64,000 bases of DNA from an uncultured delta proteobacterium (lineage in GTDB: Bacteria; Desulfobacterota; RBG-13-43-22). Positions 31,796 through 41,771 of the stretch are shown one piece after another. Positions within the stretch are counted from its first letter, which is position 1. Every line of letters begins with the position of its first letter. Below the pieces are notes generated by a model. The model was not told where the DNA came from. It saw only the letters and a program-made list of their open reading frames with translations, and ran no database searches. The DNA lies in contig CAWJJC010000022.1 in NCBI GenBank assembly GCA_963843145.1, positions 32,001-96,000 on the forward strand, read 5' to 3'. The position numbers were made by a program, and so were the translations under genes.

Positions 31796-33304
31796 TTATG
31801 GCAGGTCCTGCTTTTGTATCTTCCCCATGGCGTTGCGGGGCAGGGCCGGAAGCCGGAGGATTTTTTTGGGGCATTTGTAAGGGGCCAGGTGCCGGCGGCA
31901 AAAGGCAATGCCCTCATCGGGTGAAAATACGGCGCCTTCCCTTACAACCACCGAGGCCAGCACTTTTTCGCCCAGATCCTCGTCCGGGCGGCCGTACACA
32001 GCCGCCTCCAAAATGGCTTCATGGGCTTCCAGGATATTTTCCACCTCCTTGGGATACACGTTCAGGCCCCCGGAGATGATCAGCTCTTTGGCCCGGCCTA
32101 CTAAGAAAAGACGACCGGCGTCGGCCGGGTCCCGATAGCCCAGATCCCCGCTTTTAAACCAGCCGTCCTGAAAGGCTTCCGCCGTTTTCTCCGACTGCCA
32201 CCAGTATCCCTTGAAGATATTATTTCCCCGGATTTGAACTTCCCCAACCTCCCCGGGAAGTACCTCATCCCCTTTGGAATCCGCAATACGCAGTTGAACG
32301 CCGGCCAAAGGATATCCCACGCTTTTGGCTATCCTCTTTTTCGAGAGATAGGGGTTGGAGGCGATCATCCCCGCCTCGGTCATGCCGTAGCGTTCCAGGA
32401 TGGTGTGGCCAGTCTGCTCCCGGAAGCGATTGAATAGGGGCTCGGACAAAGGGGCTGACCCGGAGATGAAGACCCGCAAGGATTTTATTTGGGGTTTTTC
32501 GGGCAGTCGTTCCCAGGTCTGGCTCAATCGCTGATACATGGTGGGTACCCCCATGAAAAGGGTGCAGGATTCCTTTTCGAGGGTTTCCCAAACCTTCCGG
32601 GGATCGAAACTTTCGAGCAGGATCAGCGAGGCCCCGGCCAGCAGACCACCGTGCAGGGCCACCACCAGTCCGTGGATATGAAACAGGGGCAGGGCATGCA
32701 GGAGGATATCCCGGTCCGACCACTGCCAGGCCTGGTGCAACGCCTGCAGATTGCGGACCAGGTTGCCGTGGGTGATCATGGCCCCTTTGGAGCGGCCGGT
32801 GGTACCGGAGGTGTAACAAAGGAGGGCGAGGTCCTCTTCTGAGGTGGGATAGGGGGGATCCGCGCCAACGGGGGTTTTGGCCAGCAGACCTTCATAAGAC
32901 AGGCAGTTGGGGCATTCCCCGTCGATCGACAATACCGGGATGTCGGGAAATCCGATTAAACCATTCTTGAGTTCATCATATTTTTCTTGATAGGTGACCA
33001 GCAGATTGGTCTCAGAATCGAACAGGAAATAGGCGATCTCCTCCGGACGGTATCCAGGATTGAGGGGCAGGACCACCGCACCAAGGGCTAAGGCCGCCAG
33101 GTGGATTTCGATGAACTCCAGTCCCTTGGGCAGGAGGAGACCAACACGGTCCCCCTTAGCAATTCCTAAAGCTTGCAAGCAAACGGCCGAATGGCCGATT
33201 TGTTGTTGAAGATCGGCGTAGGATAAGTCCCGATGGCTGAAGTGAATGGCAATTTTGTCGCCGAGACCTAATCTGTTTTCTATCAGAGTTTGGGTCAGAT
33301 TCAT
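31796..33304 (-). CDS. Acyl-CoA synthetase, malonyl-CoA synthetase (MatB)-like
   Basis: YTSGTTGRSKG, LPLFHIHGL, ERYGMTE and PRNAMGK motifs. Confidence 0.88.
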   Translation of the reverse strand: MNLTQTLIENRLGLGDKIAIHFSHRDLSYADLQQQIGHSAVCLQALGIAKGDRVGLLLPKGLEFIEIHLAALALGAVVLPLNPGYRPEEIAYFLFDSETNLLVTYQEKYDELKNGLIGFPDIPVLSIDGECPNCLSYEGLLAKTPVGADPPYPTSEEDLALLCYTSGTTGRSKGAMITHGNLVRNLQALHQAWQWSDRDILLHALPLFHIHGLVVALHGGLLAGASLILLESFDPRKVWETLEKESCTLFMGVPTMYQRLSQTWERLPEKPQIKSLRVFISGSAPLSEPLFNRFREQTGHTILERYGMTEAGMIASNPYLSKKRIAKSVGYPLAGVQLRIADSKGDEVLPGEVGEVQIRGNNIFKGYWWQSEKTAEAFQDGWFKSGDLGYRDPADAGRLFLVGRAKELIISGGLNVYPKEVENILEAHEAILEAAVYGRPDEDLGEKVLASVVVREGAVFSPDEGIAFCRRHLAPYKCPKKILRLPALPRNAMGKIQKQDLP

Positions 33305-33310
33305 GGTTCG

Positions 33311-33487
33311 CTACCGCTTAACCAGCTCCATCTTTCGATTGTTATCCCGACCGGTCTCCTGATCATTGGAACCCGCTGGGGTCAGAGTGGCCTATTATTT
33401 GTCCGCCGGGCATCGATCCCAAACCGTGGGACCAAAGGTTGGCCTACCGCTTAGGCGCGACGCCGGGATATTTTAATAGTATTCCAA
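33311..33487 (-). pseudogene. Decayed C-terminus of an OmpA-like peptidoglycan-binding domain
   Basis: SRRRA*AVGQPLVPRFGIDARR, then after a frameshift PAGSNDQETGRDNNRKMELVKR*. Confidence 0.6.
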
Positions 33488-33568
33488 TTGTTTGATTTGT
33501 TCAAGCGTTCAAAATCTGCTATGAATATTTTAAATCAATTGCCTTACTCCGGCAAAGAAAGGCTGTCT

Positions 33569-34603
33569 ATGAATTCTTTAACCGAGCAAGTTCTGGACTT
33601 TGCCCGTTCCTGGGGGGCGGCCTTAGTCGGGGTGGCCACCGGGGAAACCCTGGCGGGCGGTCCGCCGTCGGTGGATCTCGAGTATGTCCTGCCCGGCGCC
33701 CGTTCGGCGGTGTCTATTGCCGTTCCGCTGAACACGGATTATATTAAAACGTATCTGGCCAAAGAAGACCGCCAGAGTCACGAGCAGGATAACTTTCGAG
33801 TCAACATGCAGGCTACCGGAATCGCCGCCTACCTGGCCCGCTACCTGGAGCAGAAAGGCCATCCCTCCAAAGGGGTGACCTCCAACGACGCCTACCGGGA
33901 TGACGTGCCGGGCGGCCGCCAGAGCAGGCTGCCGGACCTTTCCCACCGTTACCTGGCCGTTCGATCGGGCCTGGGCTGGTTCGGGTTCTCGGGAAACGTG
34001 ATCATCCCCCAATACGGGGCGGCAGTCATATTAGCGACCTGCGTCACCACAGTCGAGCTGGAGCCGACCAATCCTTTACCGGCCGCTGAAAACTACTGCG
34101 ACCGCTGCGGCCTATGCTTGGCCGCCTGCTGTTCGGCCCTGATGGACCCGAAAGAGGAAACCCGGGTAACCCTGGGAGGAATGGAATTTGCTTATGCCCA
34201 GCGAAGAAATTACCTGCGCTGCGAGCTGGTCTGCGGCGGGCCCACCGGGCTGCACCCGTCTGGGAAATGGTCCACCTGGTCACCGGGACGTTTCCTGATC
34301 CCCGAGGATGACCAGGCCTTTCGGGAAGTCATGATCAAAGGCCTGCGGGCTTACAACCGGCGTCCGCCTCTGGAGGGCGGATACCCGCATATCCTCATGC
34401 GGTCCAAGCTCTACCTGACCTGCGGCAACTGCCAGCTCCTCTGCCGGCCCGACCCGGCCGAACGGAAGGAATTGTATAAACTGCTGGCTATTTCAGGGTG
34501 CGTCATCCAACAGCCGGACGGGAGTCTGGAAAGGGTTTCTCCCGAGGAGGCGGAGGGCTATGTGGGGGCCTTGGATCAGGACCGGCAAAACCTTTATACC
34601 TAA
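33569..34603 (+). CDS. QueG/reductive-dehalogenase-like Fe-S (probably corrinoid) protein
   Basis: SHRYLAVRSGLGWFGFSGN..PQYG, YCDRCGLCLAACC, RCELVC and TCGNCQLLC motifs. Confidence 0.78.
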   Translation: MNSLTEQVLDFARSWGAALVGVATGETLAGGPPSVDLEYVLPGARSAVSIAVPLNTDYIKTYLAKEDRQSHEQDNFRVNMQATGIAAYLARYLEQKGHPSKGVTSNDAYRDDVPGGRQSRLPDLSHRYLAVRSGLGWFGFSGNVIIPQYGAAVILATCVTTVELEPTNPLPAAENYCDRCGLCLAACCSALMDPKEETRVTLGGMEFAYAQRRNYLRCELVCGGPTGLHPSGKWSTWSPGRFLIPEDDQAFREVMIKGLRAYNRRPPLEGGYPHILMRSKLYLTCGNCQLLCRPDPAERKELYKLLAISGCVIQQPDGSLERVSPEEAEGYVGALDQDRQNLYT

Positions 34604-34625
34604 CAATTTTTTGTAAGGGTTTGAG

Positions 34626-35302
34626 ATGCGTATCTTATTGGTAGAGGACGATGTCAAAATCGCCTCTTTTATAATGACGGGCTTAAAAGCCGCCGGCTAT
34701 GCCGTGGATCATGCCCTCGATGGAGAAATGGGCCTGGATCTGGCCTTAACCGAATCCTACGATACCGCGATTATTGATATTATGCTGCCCAAACGGGATG
34801 GGTTATCCCTCATCGAAACGATACGGAAGGAGAAGATCCGAACCCCGGTTATCATTTTGAGCGCCAAGGGGTCGATTGACGACCGGATAAAAGGGCTGCA
34901 GACCGGGGGCGATGACTATATTACCAAACCATTTGCTTTTTCCGAGCTTCTGGCCCGGGTTCAGGCCCTGATTCGCCGGGCCAGCGGACTTTCGGAACCA
35001 ACCCAATTGATCCTGAGTGACCTATCCATCAACCTGCTTACCCGAGAAGTAATTCGGGGGGGAGAAAAATCGACCTCCAACCGATCGAGTTTTCCTTGCT
35101 CGAATATTTGATGCGCAGTGCCGGTCGGGTCGTTTCCAAAACCATGATCATGGAACATGTCTGGAACTACAATTTTGATCCCCAGACCAATGTGGTCGAA
35201 GCCAGGATCTGCCGGTTAAGGGAGAAAATCGACCGGGATTTTGAACGAAAACTAATCCATACCCTTCGGGGGGTGGGCTATGTCCTTAAAGAAACGGATT
35301 AG
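34626..35302 (+). CDS. OmpR-family response regulator (CusR/CzcR-like), split by a 1-nt frameshift at ~35056-35069
   Basis: Receiver domain (VEDD, DIMLP, KPF) and wHTH (VWNYNFDPQTNVVE, TLRGVGY) lie in adjacent frames. Confidence 0.88.
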
Positions 35303-36698
35303 ACCTCGCCTCACCCTCGCCTTTCGCCTGACGCTCTGGTATGCCGGGATCTTCACCCTTTCGTCGGCTATCGCCTTTCTCTTGTTTTATACGCTCATCA
35401 ACTCTTTCCTGCGAGAGCAGACCGATCAGGAACTTTTAGGACAGGTTAATCGCTTCTCGACGCTTCTGGCCTCGGAAGGGGTCGAGGCCGTCCAAAACGC
35501 CGCCCTGATTGAAGCCCAGGCCGCCGGCGTTAAAAAGGTCTTCTTTCGTTTCCTTTCCATCGATGGACAGGTTTTTTCCTCTTCCAACATGGCCTACTGG
35601 AAAAATATCTATATTACCGAAGGGGCCATTCGGACCGTGCTTCGTGACGGGCGGCCGGTTTTGGAAACCATTACTATTCCCGACCACCCGGATCAAGTCC
35701 GGATCCTTTATGCCCGGATCTCTCCCGCCATCATTGCGCAGGTAGGGGAAACCATGGAGAGTCATTCCAGGTTTCTGGCGGCCTTTAAGGGGATCTTTAT
35801 CGGTACCATGACCTTGCTTATCCTGGTGGCTGCCGGACTGGGCTGGTTCATGGCCCGCCGGGCCGTCTCCGGGGTGGAAGCGGTGACGCAGACCGCCCGA
35901 AAGATATCTGCAGGCACGCTGGAAGAGCGGGTCCCGGTTAAAGGCGGGGGGGATGAAATCGATCAACTGGCCCTAACCTTTAATCAGATGCTGGACCGTA
36001 TTCAAACCCTGCTGACCGAAATCAAAGAAATGACCGACCACCTGGCGCATGATCTGCGCAGCCCCCTGACCCGGATCCGCGGGATCGCCGAAGTGACCCT
36101 CACCACCGCCAACTCCCTGAATGAATACCAGAGCATGGCCGCCAGCACCATCGAGGAGTGCGACCGCCTGCTCGACATGATCAATACCATGTTGCTGATT
36201 TCAAAAACCGAATCGGGCGTGGATACGTTCTCCTTCGAGGAGGTCGATCTAGCCGTCCTGGTGCGGGAAGCCTGGGAATTGTTTTCTCCCACGGCGGAAG
36301 ATAAAGGGGTGACCCTGCGCTGCAATCTGCCGGGGAGGGCCCTTCTGGCCGGAAATACTCGGATGATTCAACGTCTGCTCTCCAATCTTTTGGACAATGC
36401 CATCAAATATACCCCTGCCGGGGGATCCGTAACCGTTTCCCTGGAGGAAAAGAGGGAACAACAGGTGATCTCGGTAAAGGACACCGGTATCGGTATATCC
36501 CCCAGCGAGCTTCCCCACATTTTTGAACGATTCTATCGCTGCGACCGGAGCCGGTCCCAGGTAGGCATCGGGTTGGGCTTGAGCCTGGCCCGGGCCTTTG
36601 CCCGAGCCCACAACGGAGAACTTACCGCCACCAGCCAAATGAATCAAGGAAGTACTTTTAGGGTTACCCTCCCCAAGTTTCGAACTTCCCCATCCTGA
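35280..36698 (+). CDS. Sensor histidine kinase (CusS-like; 2 TM, HAMP, HisKA, HATPase)
   Basis: AHDLRSPL, NLLDNAIKY, DTGIGI and GIGLGL motifs. Confidence 0.93.
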   Translation: MSLKKRIRPRLTLAFRLTLWYAGIFTLSSAIAFLLFYTLINSFLREQTDQELLGQVNRFSTLLASEGVEAVQNAALIEAQAAGVKKVFFRFLSIDGQVFSSSNMAYWKNIYITEGAIRTVLRDGRPVLETITIPDHPDQVRILYARISPAIIAQVGETMESHSRFLAAFKGIFIGTMTLLILVAAGLGWFMARRAVSGVEAVTQTARKISAGTLEERVPVKGGGDEIDQLALTFNQMLDRIQTLLTEIKEMTDHLAHDLRSPLTRIRGIAEVTLTTANSLNEYQSMAASTIEECDRLLDMINTMLLISKTESGVDTFSFEEVDLAVLVREAWELFSPTAEDKGVTLRCNLPGRALLAGNTRMIQRLLSNLLDNAIKYTPAGGSVTVSLEEKREQQVISVKDTGIGISPSELPHIFERFYRCDRSRSQVGIGLGLSLARAFARAHNGELTATSQMNQGSTFRVTLPKFRTSPS

Positions 36699-36715
36699 TC
36701 ACCCGCACTCCCAAC

Positions 36716-36760
36716 ATTACCAACTTGTAATCTTCCGGTCAGCTTCCGGTCAGCTTCCGG
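36716..36760 (+). promoter_or_regulatory. CusR/HprR-like box plus 11-bp tandem repeats upstream of degP
   Basis: ATTAC-caactt-GTAAT, then (CTTCCGGTCAG)x2 and CTTCCGG. Confidence 0.6.
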
Positions 36761-36829
36761 GCTTATCATTCAGTCAAGAGAAAAGGCTGGAGGCAGCCGA
36801 AAATCCACCATTCAAATGAGGAGAAAAAC

Positions 36830-38293
36830 ATGGAACAGAAAAAAAGGATCAAAACATTATTTATCGCCCTGATCCTGTTCGGGGCACTGCTGGGAGTCGG
36901 GCTGGGGGTACCCGCCGCGGTCAGGCACTCTGAGACGGCGGGGTCGGCCAGCCCGGTCCTTTCCGAGACCCCCATGGTCCCGGCAAACTTCAGTGAGCTG
37001 GCGGAAAAGGTTCGTCCGGGGGTGGTCAATATCCAGGTGGTTAAGAAAATAAAGAACGTGGGCCTGGGATTCCCCAATTTCCCCGGCCATCCCGATGGGG
37101 ACAGGAACCCCTTCGGGGATTTCTTTGGACCTTTTTCTCAGGGGAATCAGCCCAGGAGCTTTGAACAGCAGGGTGTCGGGTCCGGCGTGGTCATCAGCCG
37201 AGACGGGTATATCCTGACCAACAACCACGTGGTTGAAGAGGCCGACCAGATCAAAGTAAAGCTCAGCAACGGAAAGGAATACCGTGGCAAGGTCGTGGGA
37301 CGGGATCCCAAGACCGACCTGGCCCTGCTCAAGATTGAAGGGGCCTCGGAACTTCAGCCCCTCAAGCTGGGCAATTCTGAAGAAATGAAGGTGGGCAGTT
37401 GGGTAGTGGCCGTCGGGAGTCCTTTCGGACTGGAACAGACCGTTACGGCGGGCATTATCAGCGCCAAGGGAAGAATAATCGGCTCCGGCCCCTATGATAA
37501 CTTTATTCAAACGGACGCCTCCATCAATCCCGGGAACAGCGGCGGTCCCCTGATCAACATGAAGGGCGAAGTGGTCGGCATCAACACGGCCATTATGGCC
37601 CAAGGCCAGGGGATCGGCTTTGCCATCCCGATCAACATGGCCAAACAGGTGGAGGTGCAACTCCAGAATAAGGGCCATGTCACCCGAGGCTGGCTGGGGG
37701 TGACCATTCAGGAAGTGACCCCGGAACTGGCCAAGTCGTTTGGTCTCAAGGACAATAAGGGAGCCCTGGTGGCCCAGGTAGGTCCGGGCAGTCCGGCCGA
37801 AAAGGCCGGGATCGAGCAGGGGGATATCATCTTGACCTTCGACGGTCAGGCGATCTCGGATTCGAAAGACCTCCCTCGGATCGTAGCCTCAACCGCGGTG
37901 GGTAAAACGGTCACGGTGAAGCTTTTCCGAGAGGGAAAAGAGATGGACCGTTCGTTGAAAGTGGGAGAATTGGAAGAAAAAGTCGATCGGGAAAAGGCAG
38001 GCGCTTCCCATAAAACGCTGGGTGCTTCGGTTCAGGATCTGACCCCTGATATCGCTCAGGGACTCGGCTTAAAGAAGTCCGGAGGGGTAGTGGTGGCTCA
38101 GGTGGAACCCGGGAGTCCGGCCGATGAGGCGGGTCTTCAAAACGGGGATGTCATCCGAGAGGTCAACCGGAAACCGGTCAAGAATACCGATGATTTTGTC
38201 CAGAAGCTGGAAAAAGCCCAGGGTCAGGGTACCCTTCTGCTCTCCATCCAGAGAGGGGAAAACCATCTTTTTGCGGCCGTAAAACTAAAGTAG
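36830..38293 (+). CDS. degP: Periplasmic serine protease DegP/HtrA (2 PDZ domains)
   Basis: TNNHV, TDLA and GNSGGP triad; two PDZ domains; N-terminal signal. Confidence 0.93.
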   Translation: MEQKKRIKTLFIALILFGALLGVGLGVPAAVRHSETAGSASPVLSETPMVPANFSELAEKVRPGVVNIQVVKKIKNVGLGFPNFPGHPDGDRNPFGDFFGPFSQGNQPRSFEQQGVGSGVVISRDGYILTNNHVVEEADQIKVKLSNGKEYRGKVVGRDPKTDLALLKIEGASELQPLKLGNSEEMKVGSWVVAVGSPFGLEQTVTAGIISAKGRIIGSGPYDNFIQTDASINPGNSGGPLINMKGEVVGINTAIMAQGQGIGFAIPINMAKQVEVQLQNKGHVTRGWLGVTIQEVTPELAKSFGLKDNKGALVAQVGPGSPAEKAGIEQGDIILTFDGQAISDSKDLPRIVASTAVGKTVTVKLFREGKEMDRSLKVGELEEKVDREKAGASHKTLGASVQDLTPDIAQGLGLKKSGGVVVAQVEPGSPADEAGLQNGDVIREVNRKPVKNTDDFVQKLEKAQGQGTLLLSIQRGENHLFAAVKLK

Positions 38294-38648
38294 TTAGGAT
38301 ACACGCCCGATCGGGGACGCAGCCAAGGTTTCCTCGATCGGGCGGCTTTTCCCCCCTCCTGCCAAAATCACCTTCTTAATTAAATCAATCCCAACCGGCA
38401 ATAGTCTAGCCAAAGACATTTGAATTTCGAAACTCGAAACAAATTCAAACGGGCTCGTTTCGAATTTAGGGATCCTATTACCCGGGCACCTCGTTTCGAT
38501 TGCCCGGCCGGAATAACCGGAGTAGCCAGGTTCCGGCTTTACTAAGTTTCTGGGTAAAGGTAAAATGGCTGAGTGAAAAATTTTTCCCCTACCTAGGCGA
38601 ATTATGGACCAGTCTGAAAGCGACGGGGGGCGATGATTCGATACAACC

Positions 38649-39251
38649 ATGTCTTTTATACCCAACATTGAACACTTTCCCTATATAGGGCTGTTTATTC
38701 TCCTCCTCCTGGGAGGTGTTGGGTTTCCTATTCCGGAAGACACCACACTAATCCTTTGTGGATTTTTGATCGCCACCTTAGTGATAGAACCTATCCCCGG
38801 AGTGCTCACCGTCTATGCCGGCCTTTTGCTCTCCGATTTGTCCCTTCATTTTATTGGCCGAAAATATGGCCGCCAAAGCGTATCCCATAAACGTTTCAGC
38901 AAATGGATTTCTGCCGAAAGGCTGTCCCTGCTCGAGGAAAAGTTTAATCGTCGGGGTGTAGTGATCATCCTGCTGGGAAGGCACCTGGTTGGACTTCGGG
39001 CTAAAATTTTTTTGGTGTCGGGCGTCTTGCGAATGCCGACGTTAAAATTTTTATTGGCCGATGGAGTATCTTCCCTCTTCACCATGGGGATCATGGTCGG
39101 GGCCGGTTACCTGGGAGGAAACAGTCTGCGGATCCTGAGACGGGGCGTAACCCGCCTGGAACATGTAGGGATCCTGCTTCTGGTGGTTGCCTTGGCTGTT
39201 TTTCTAGCCTACAACTATTTCAATACATTGAAGAAAGGGAACCGGCTGTGA
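38649..39251 (+). CDS. DedA family membrane protein
   Basis: GFPIPED, SD...IGRKYG and GRHLVGLR motifs. Confidence 0.88.
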   Translation: MSFIPNIEHFPYIGLFILLLLGGVGFPIPEDTTLILCGFLIATLVIEPIPGVLTVYAGLLLSDLSLHFIGRKYGRQSVSHKRFSKWISAERLSLLEEKFNRRGVVIILLGRHLVGLRAKIFLVSGVLRMPTLKFLLADGVSSLFTMGIMVGAGYLGGNSLRILRRGVTRLEHVGILLLVVALAVFLAYNYFNTLKKGNRL

Positions 39252-41770
39252 ATCAAACCCCCGGCGACTTTTGGAGCCTTCCCGCCGATCAATTGTTGCA
39301 GCAACTGGAGACAACCCCGGTGGGCCTCAAGGAGGCCGAAGCCCGGCAACGATTGCAGCGCTATGGACCCAACCTCCTTAAACTGGCCAGAAGATCCGAC
39401 ACCCTGACCCTTTTCTTGGGTCAATTCAAGAGCCCGATCATCTTGATTCTGATCTTTGCCGCCGGGTTATCCCTCGTACTTAAGGACTCGGTCGATGCCT
39501 TGATCATCCTGAGCATTGTGCTGGTCAGCGGCCTCCTGGGATATTGGCAGGAACGGGGGGCCTCTAAGGCGATCAAGGAATTATTGGCGTTGGTCCAAAT
39601 AAAGGCCATGGTCTTGCGTGACGGGGATCCCAGGGAACTTCCGGTCGAAGAGCTCGTTCCCGGGGATATCATCCAACTGACAGCCGGAGATGTCATACCC
39701 GGAGATGGAGTGCTTCTTCAATCCAAAGATCTATTTGTGGATGAGGCCACCTTGACCGGAGAAACCTATCCGGTGGAAAAAATGGCCGCGGTGCTGGCAC
39801 CCGAAACCCCGCTGGCTAAAAGGACCAACACCCTTTTTATGGGAACCCATGTGGTCAGCGGCAGCGCCCGGGCCCTGATAGTCCGAACCGGAATCGAAAC
39901 CGAATTCGGACGGGTTTCCGAACGGCTGAAACTCCGACCTCCCGAAACCGAGTTCGAACGCGGTGTCAGGCGTTTCGGCTACCTGCTCATGGAAGTGACC
40001 TTGATCCTGGTGATCGCCATCTTTGGTATTAATGTTTATCTGGCCCGGCCGGTGCTGGAGGCCTTCCTTTTTTCCATGGCCTTGGCCGTGGGGTTAACGC
40101 CCCAGCTTCTGCCGGCGATTATCAGCATCAATCTGGCCCATGGCGCCAAAAAGATGGCCCAGGCCAAGGTGATCGTTAAGCGCTTATCCTCGATTGAAAA
40201 TTTCGGCAGCATGAACGTCCTTTGTTCTGATAAGACCGGTACGTTGACCGAGGGGTTGGTCAAGGTCCACTCGGCCCTGGATTGTGAGGGCCGGGATAAC
40301 GAAAAGGCCCTCTTCTACGCCTTTCTGAATGCCTATTACGAAACCGGCTTTACCAATCCTATTGACCAGGCCATCTGTGCTTTCCGCACCTTTGACCTGT
40401 CCGGCTTTCAAAAACTCGATGAGATACCTTATGATTTTATTCGTAAGCGATTGAGTATCCTGGTTTCCCACGGCGAAAACCATCTGATCATTGCCAAGGG
40501 AGCTCTATCCAATATCCTGTCCGTTTGTTCCCGAGCGGAGACCTCCAGCGGGACCCTGGTGGAACTGAGCCAGGTTCGGGAGCAGATCGACCTTCACTTC
40601 AAAGAGTTCAGCAGTCAAGGCTTCCGTATGCTCGGGGTGGCCTATCGAGAAGTGAAGCCCGAGCTGGTTTTGACCAAAGACTTGGAAAGGGATTTGATAT
40701 TTCTGGGATTCCTGGTCCTCTTCGACCCGCCCAAGAGCGGCATTGTGGAGACGATTCATCAGCTCAAGAGTCTGGGCGTCTCACTCAAAATTATTACCGG
40801 GGATAACCGCCTGGTAGCGGCTACGATCGGTCAGGAGATGGGCCTTTCGAATCTTAACCTGATTACCGGCCCCGAAATTCAAAAGACCAGTGGCCGGGCC
40901 TTGCTGCAAAAGGTCAATACGGTAGATATCTTTGCCGAGGTAGAACCCAACCAGAAAGAGCGTGTTATCCTGGCTCTGAGAAAAGCGGGGAATGTCGTCG
41001 GTTACATGGGGGATGGCATTAATGACGTCTCGGCTCTGCACGCGGCCGATGTGGCTATCTCCGTGGAGCAAGCCGTGGATGTAGCCAAAGAGGCGGCGGA
41101 TATCGTTCTGCTGGAAAAGGACCTAAAGGTCCTGGCCCAGGGCATCGCCGAAGGACGGAGGACCTTCGCCAATACCCTCAAGTATGTCTTCATGGCCACC
41201 AGCGCCAACTTTGGCAATATGTTCAGTATGGCCGGGGCCTCCCTCTTTTTGCCCTTTCTGCCGCTGCTCCCCAAGCAGATCCTGCTGACCAATCTGCTGA
41301 CCGATTTTCCGGAGTTGACCATTGCCACCGACCGCGTGGACCCGGAAATGGTCGAAAAACCTCGCCGCTGGAATATCCGCTTCATCCGCAATTTTATGAT
41401 CACTTTCGGCTTGATCAGTTCGATCTTTGACTATTTAACTTTTGGCGTGCTCATTTTTTTCCTGAAGGCCCAACCCGAACAGTTTCGGATCGGCTGGTTT
41501 ATTGAATCCGTCATTTCGGCCTCTCTGATCGTCCTGGTAATACGCACGCGCCAGCCTTTTTTTAAGAGCCGGCCCAGTAAATATCTAGCGTTGGCCACCT
41601 TGCTGGTAACCGGGGTAACCCTGCTTTTTCCTTTTACTCCCCTGGGGGAGCTGTTTGATTTCAAGCCGCTGCCCTTCTATTTTCTCCTGTTATTGGCCGT
41701 TATTATGGGGATGTATATTGTTACTGCCGAAGCGGCAAAAAGGATCTTTTACCGGAAAATGAAATTTTGA
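39248..41770 (+). CDS. mgtA: Magnesium-translocating P-type ATPase
   Basis: LTGET, GLTPQLLP, DKTGT, PYDFIRKR, GDGIND and ATSANFGN motifs. Confidence 0.92.
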   Translation: MNQTPGDFWSLPADQLLQQLETTPVGLKEAEARQRLQRYGPNLLKLARRSDTLTLFLGQFKSPIILILIFAAGLSLVLKDSVDALIILSIVLVSGLLGYWQERGASKAIKELLALVQIKAMVLRDGDPRELPVEELVPGDIIQLTAGDVIPGDGVLLQSKDLFVDEATLTGETYPVEKMAAVLAPETPLAKRTNTLFMGTHVVSGSARALIVRTGIETEFGRVSERLKLRPPETEFERGVRRFGYLLMEVTLILVIAIFGINVYLARPVLEAFLFSMALAVGLTPQLLPAIISINLAHGAKKMAQAKVIVKRLSSIENFGSMNVLCSDKTGTLTEGLVKVHSALDCEGRDNEKALFYAFLNAYYETGFTNPIDQAICAFRTFDLSGFQKLDEIPYDFIRKRLSILVSHGENHLIIAKGALSNILSVCSRAETSSGTLVELSQVREQIDLHFKEFSSQGFRMLGVAYREVKPELVLTKDLERDLIFLGFLVLFDPPKSGIVETIHQLKSLGVSLKIITGDNRLVAATIGQEMGLSNLNLITGPEIQKTSGRALLQKVNTVDIFAEVEPNQKERVILALRKAGNVVGYMGDGINDVSALHAADVAISVEQAVDVAKEAADIVLLEKDLKVLAQGIAEGRRTFANTLKYVFMATSANFGNMFSMAGASLFLPFLPLLPKQILLTNLLTDFPELTIATDRVDPEMVEKPRRWNIRFIRNFMITFGLISSIFDYLTFGVLIFFLKAQPEQFRIGWFIESVISASLIVLVIRTRQPFFKSRPSKYLALATLLVTGVTLLFPFTPLGELFDFKPLPFYFLLLLAVIMGMYIVTAEAAKRIFYRKMKF

Positions 41771-41771
41771 T

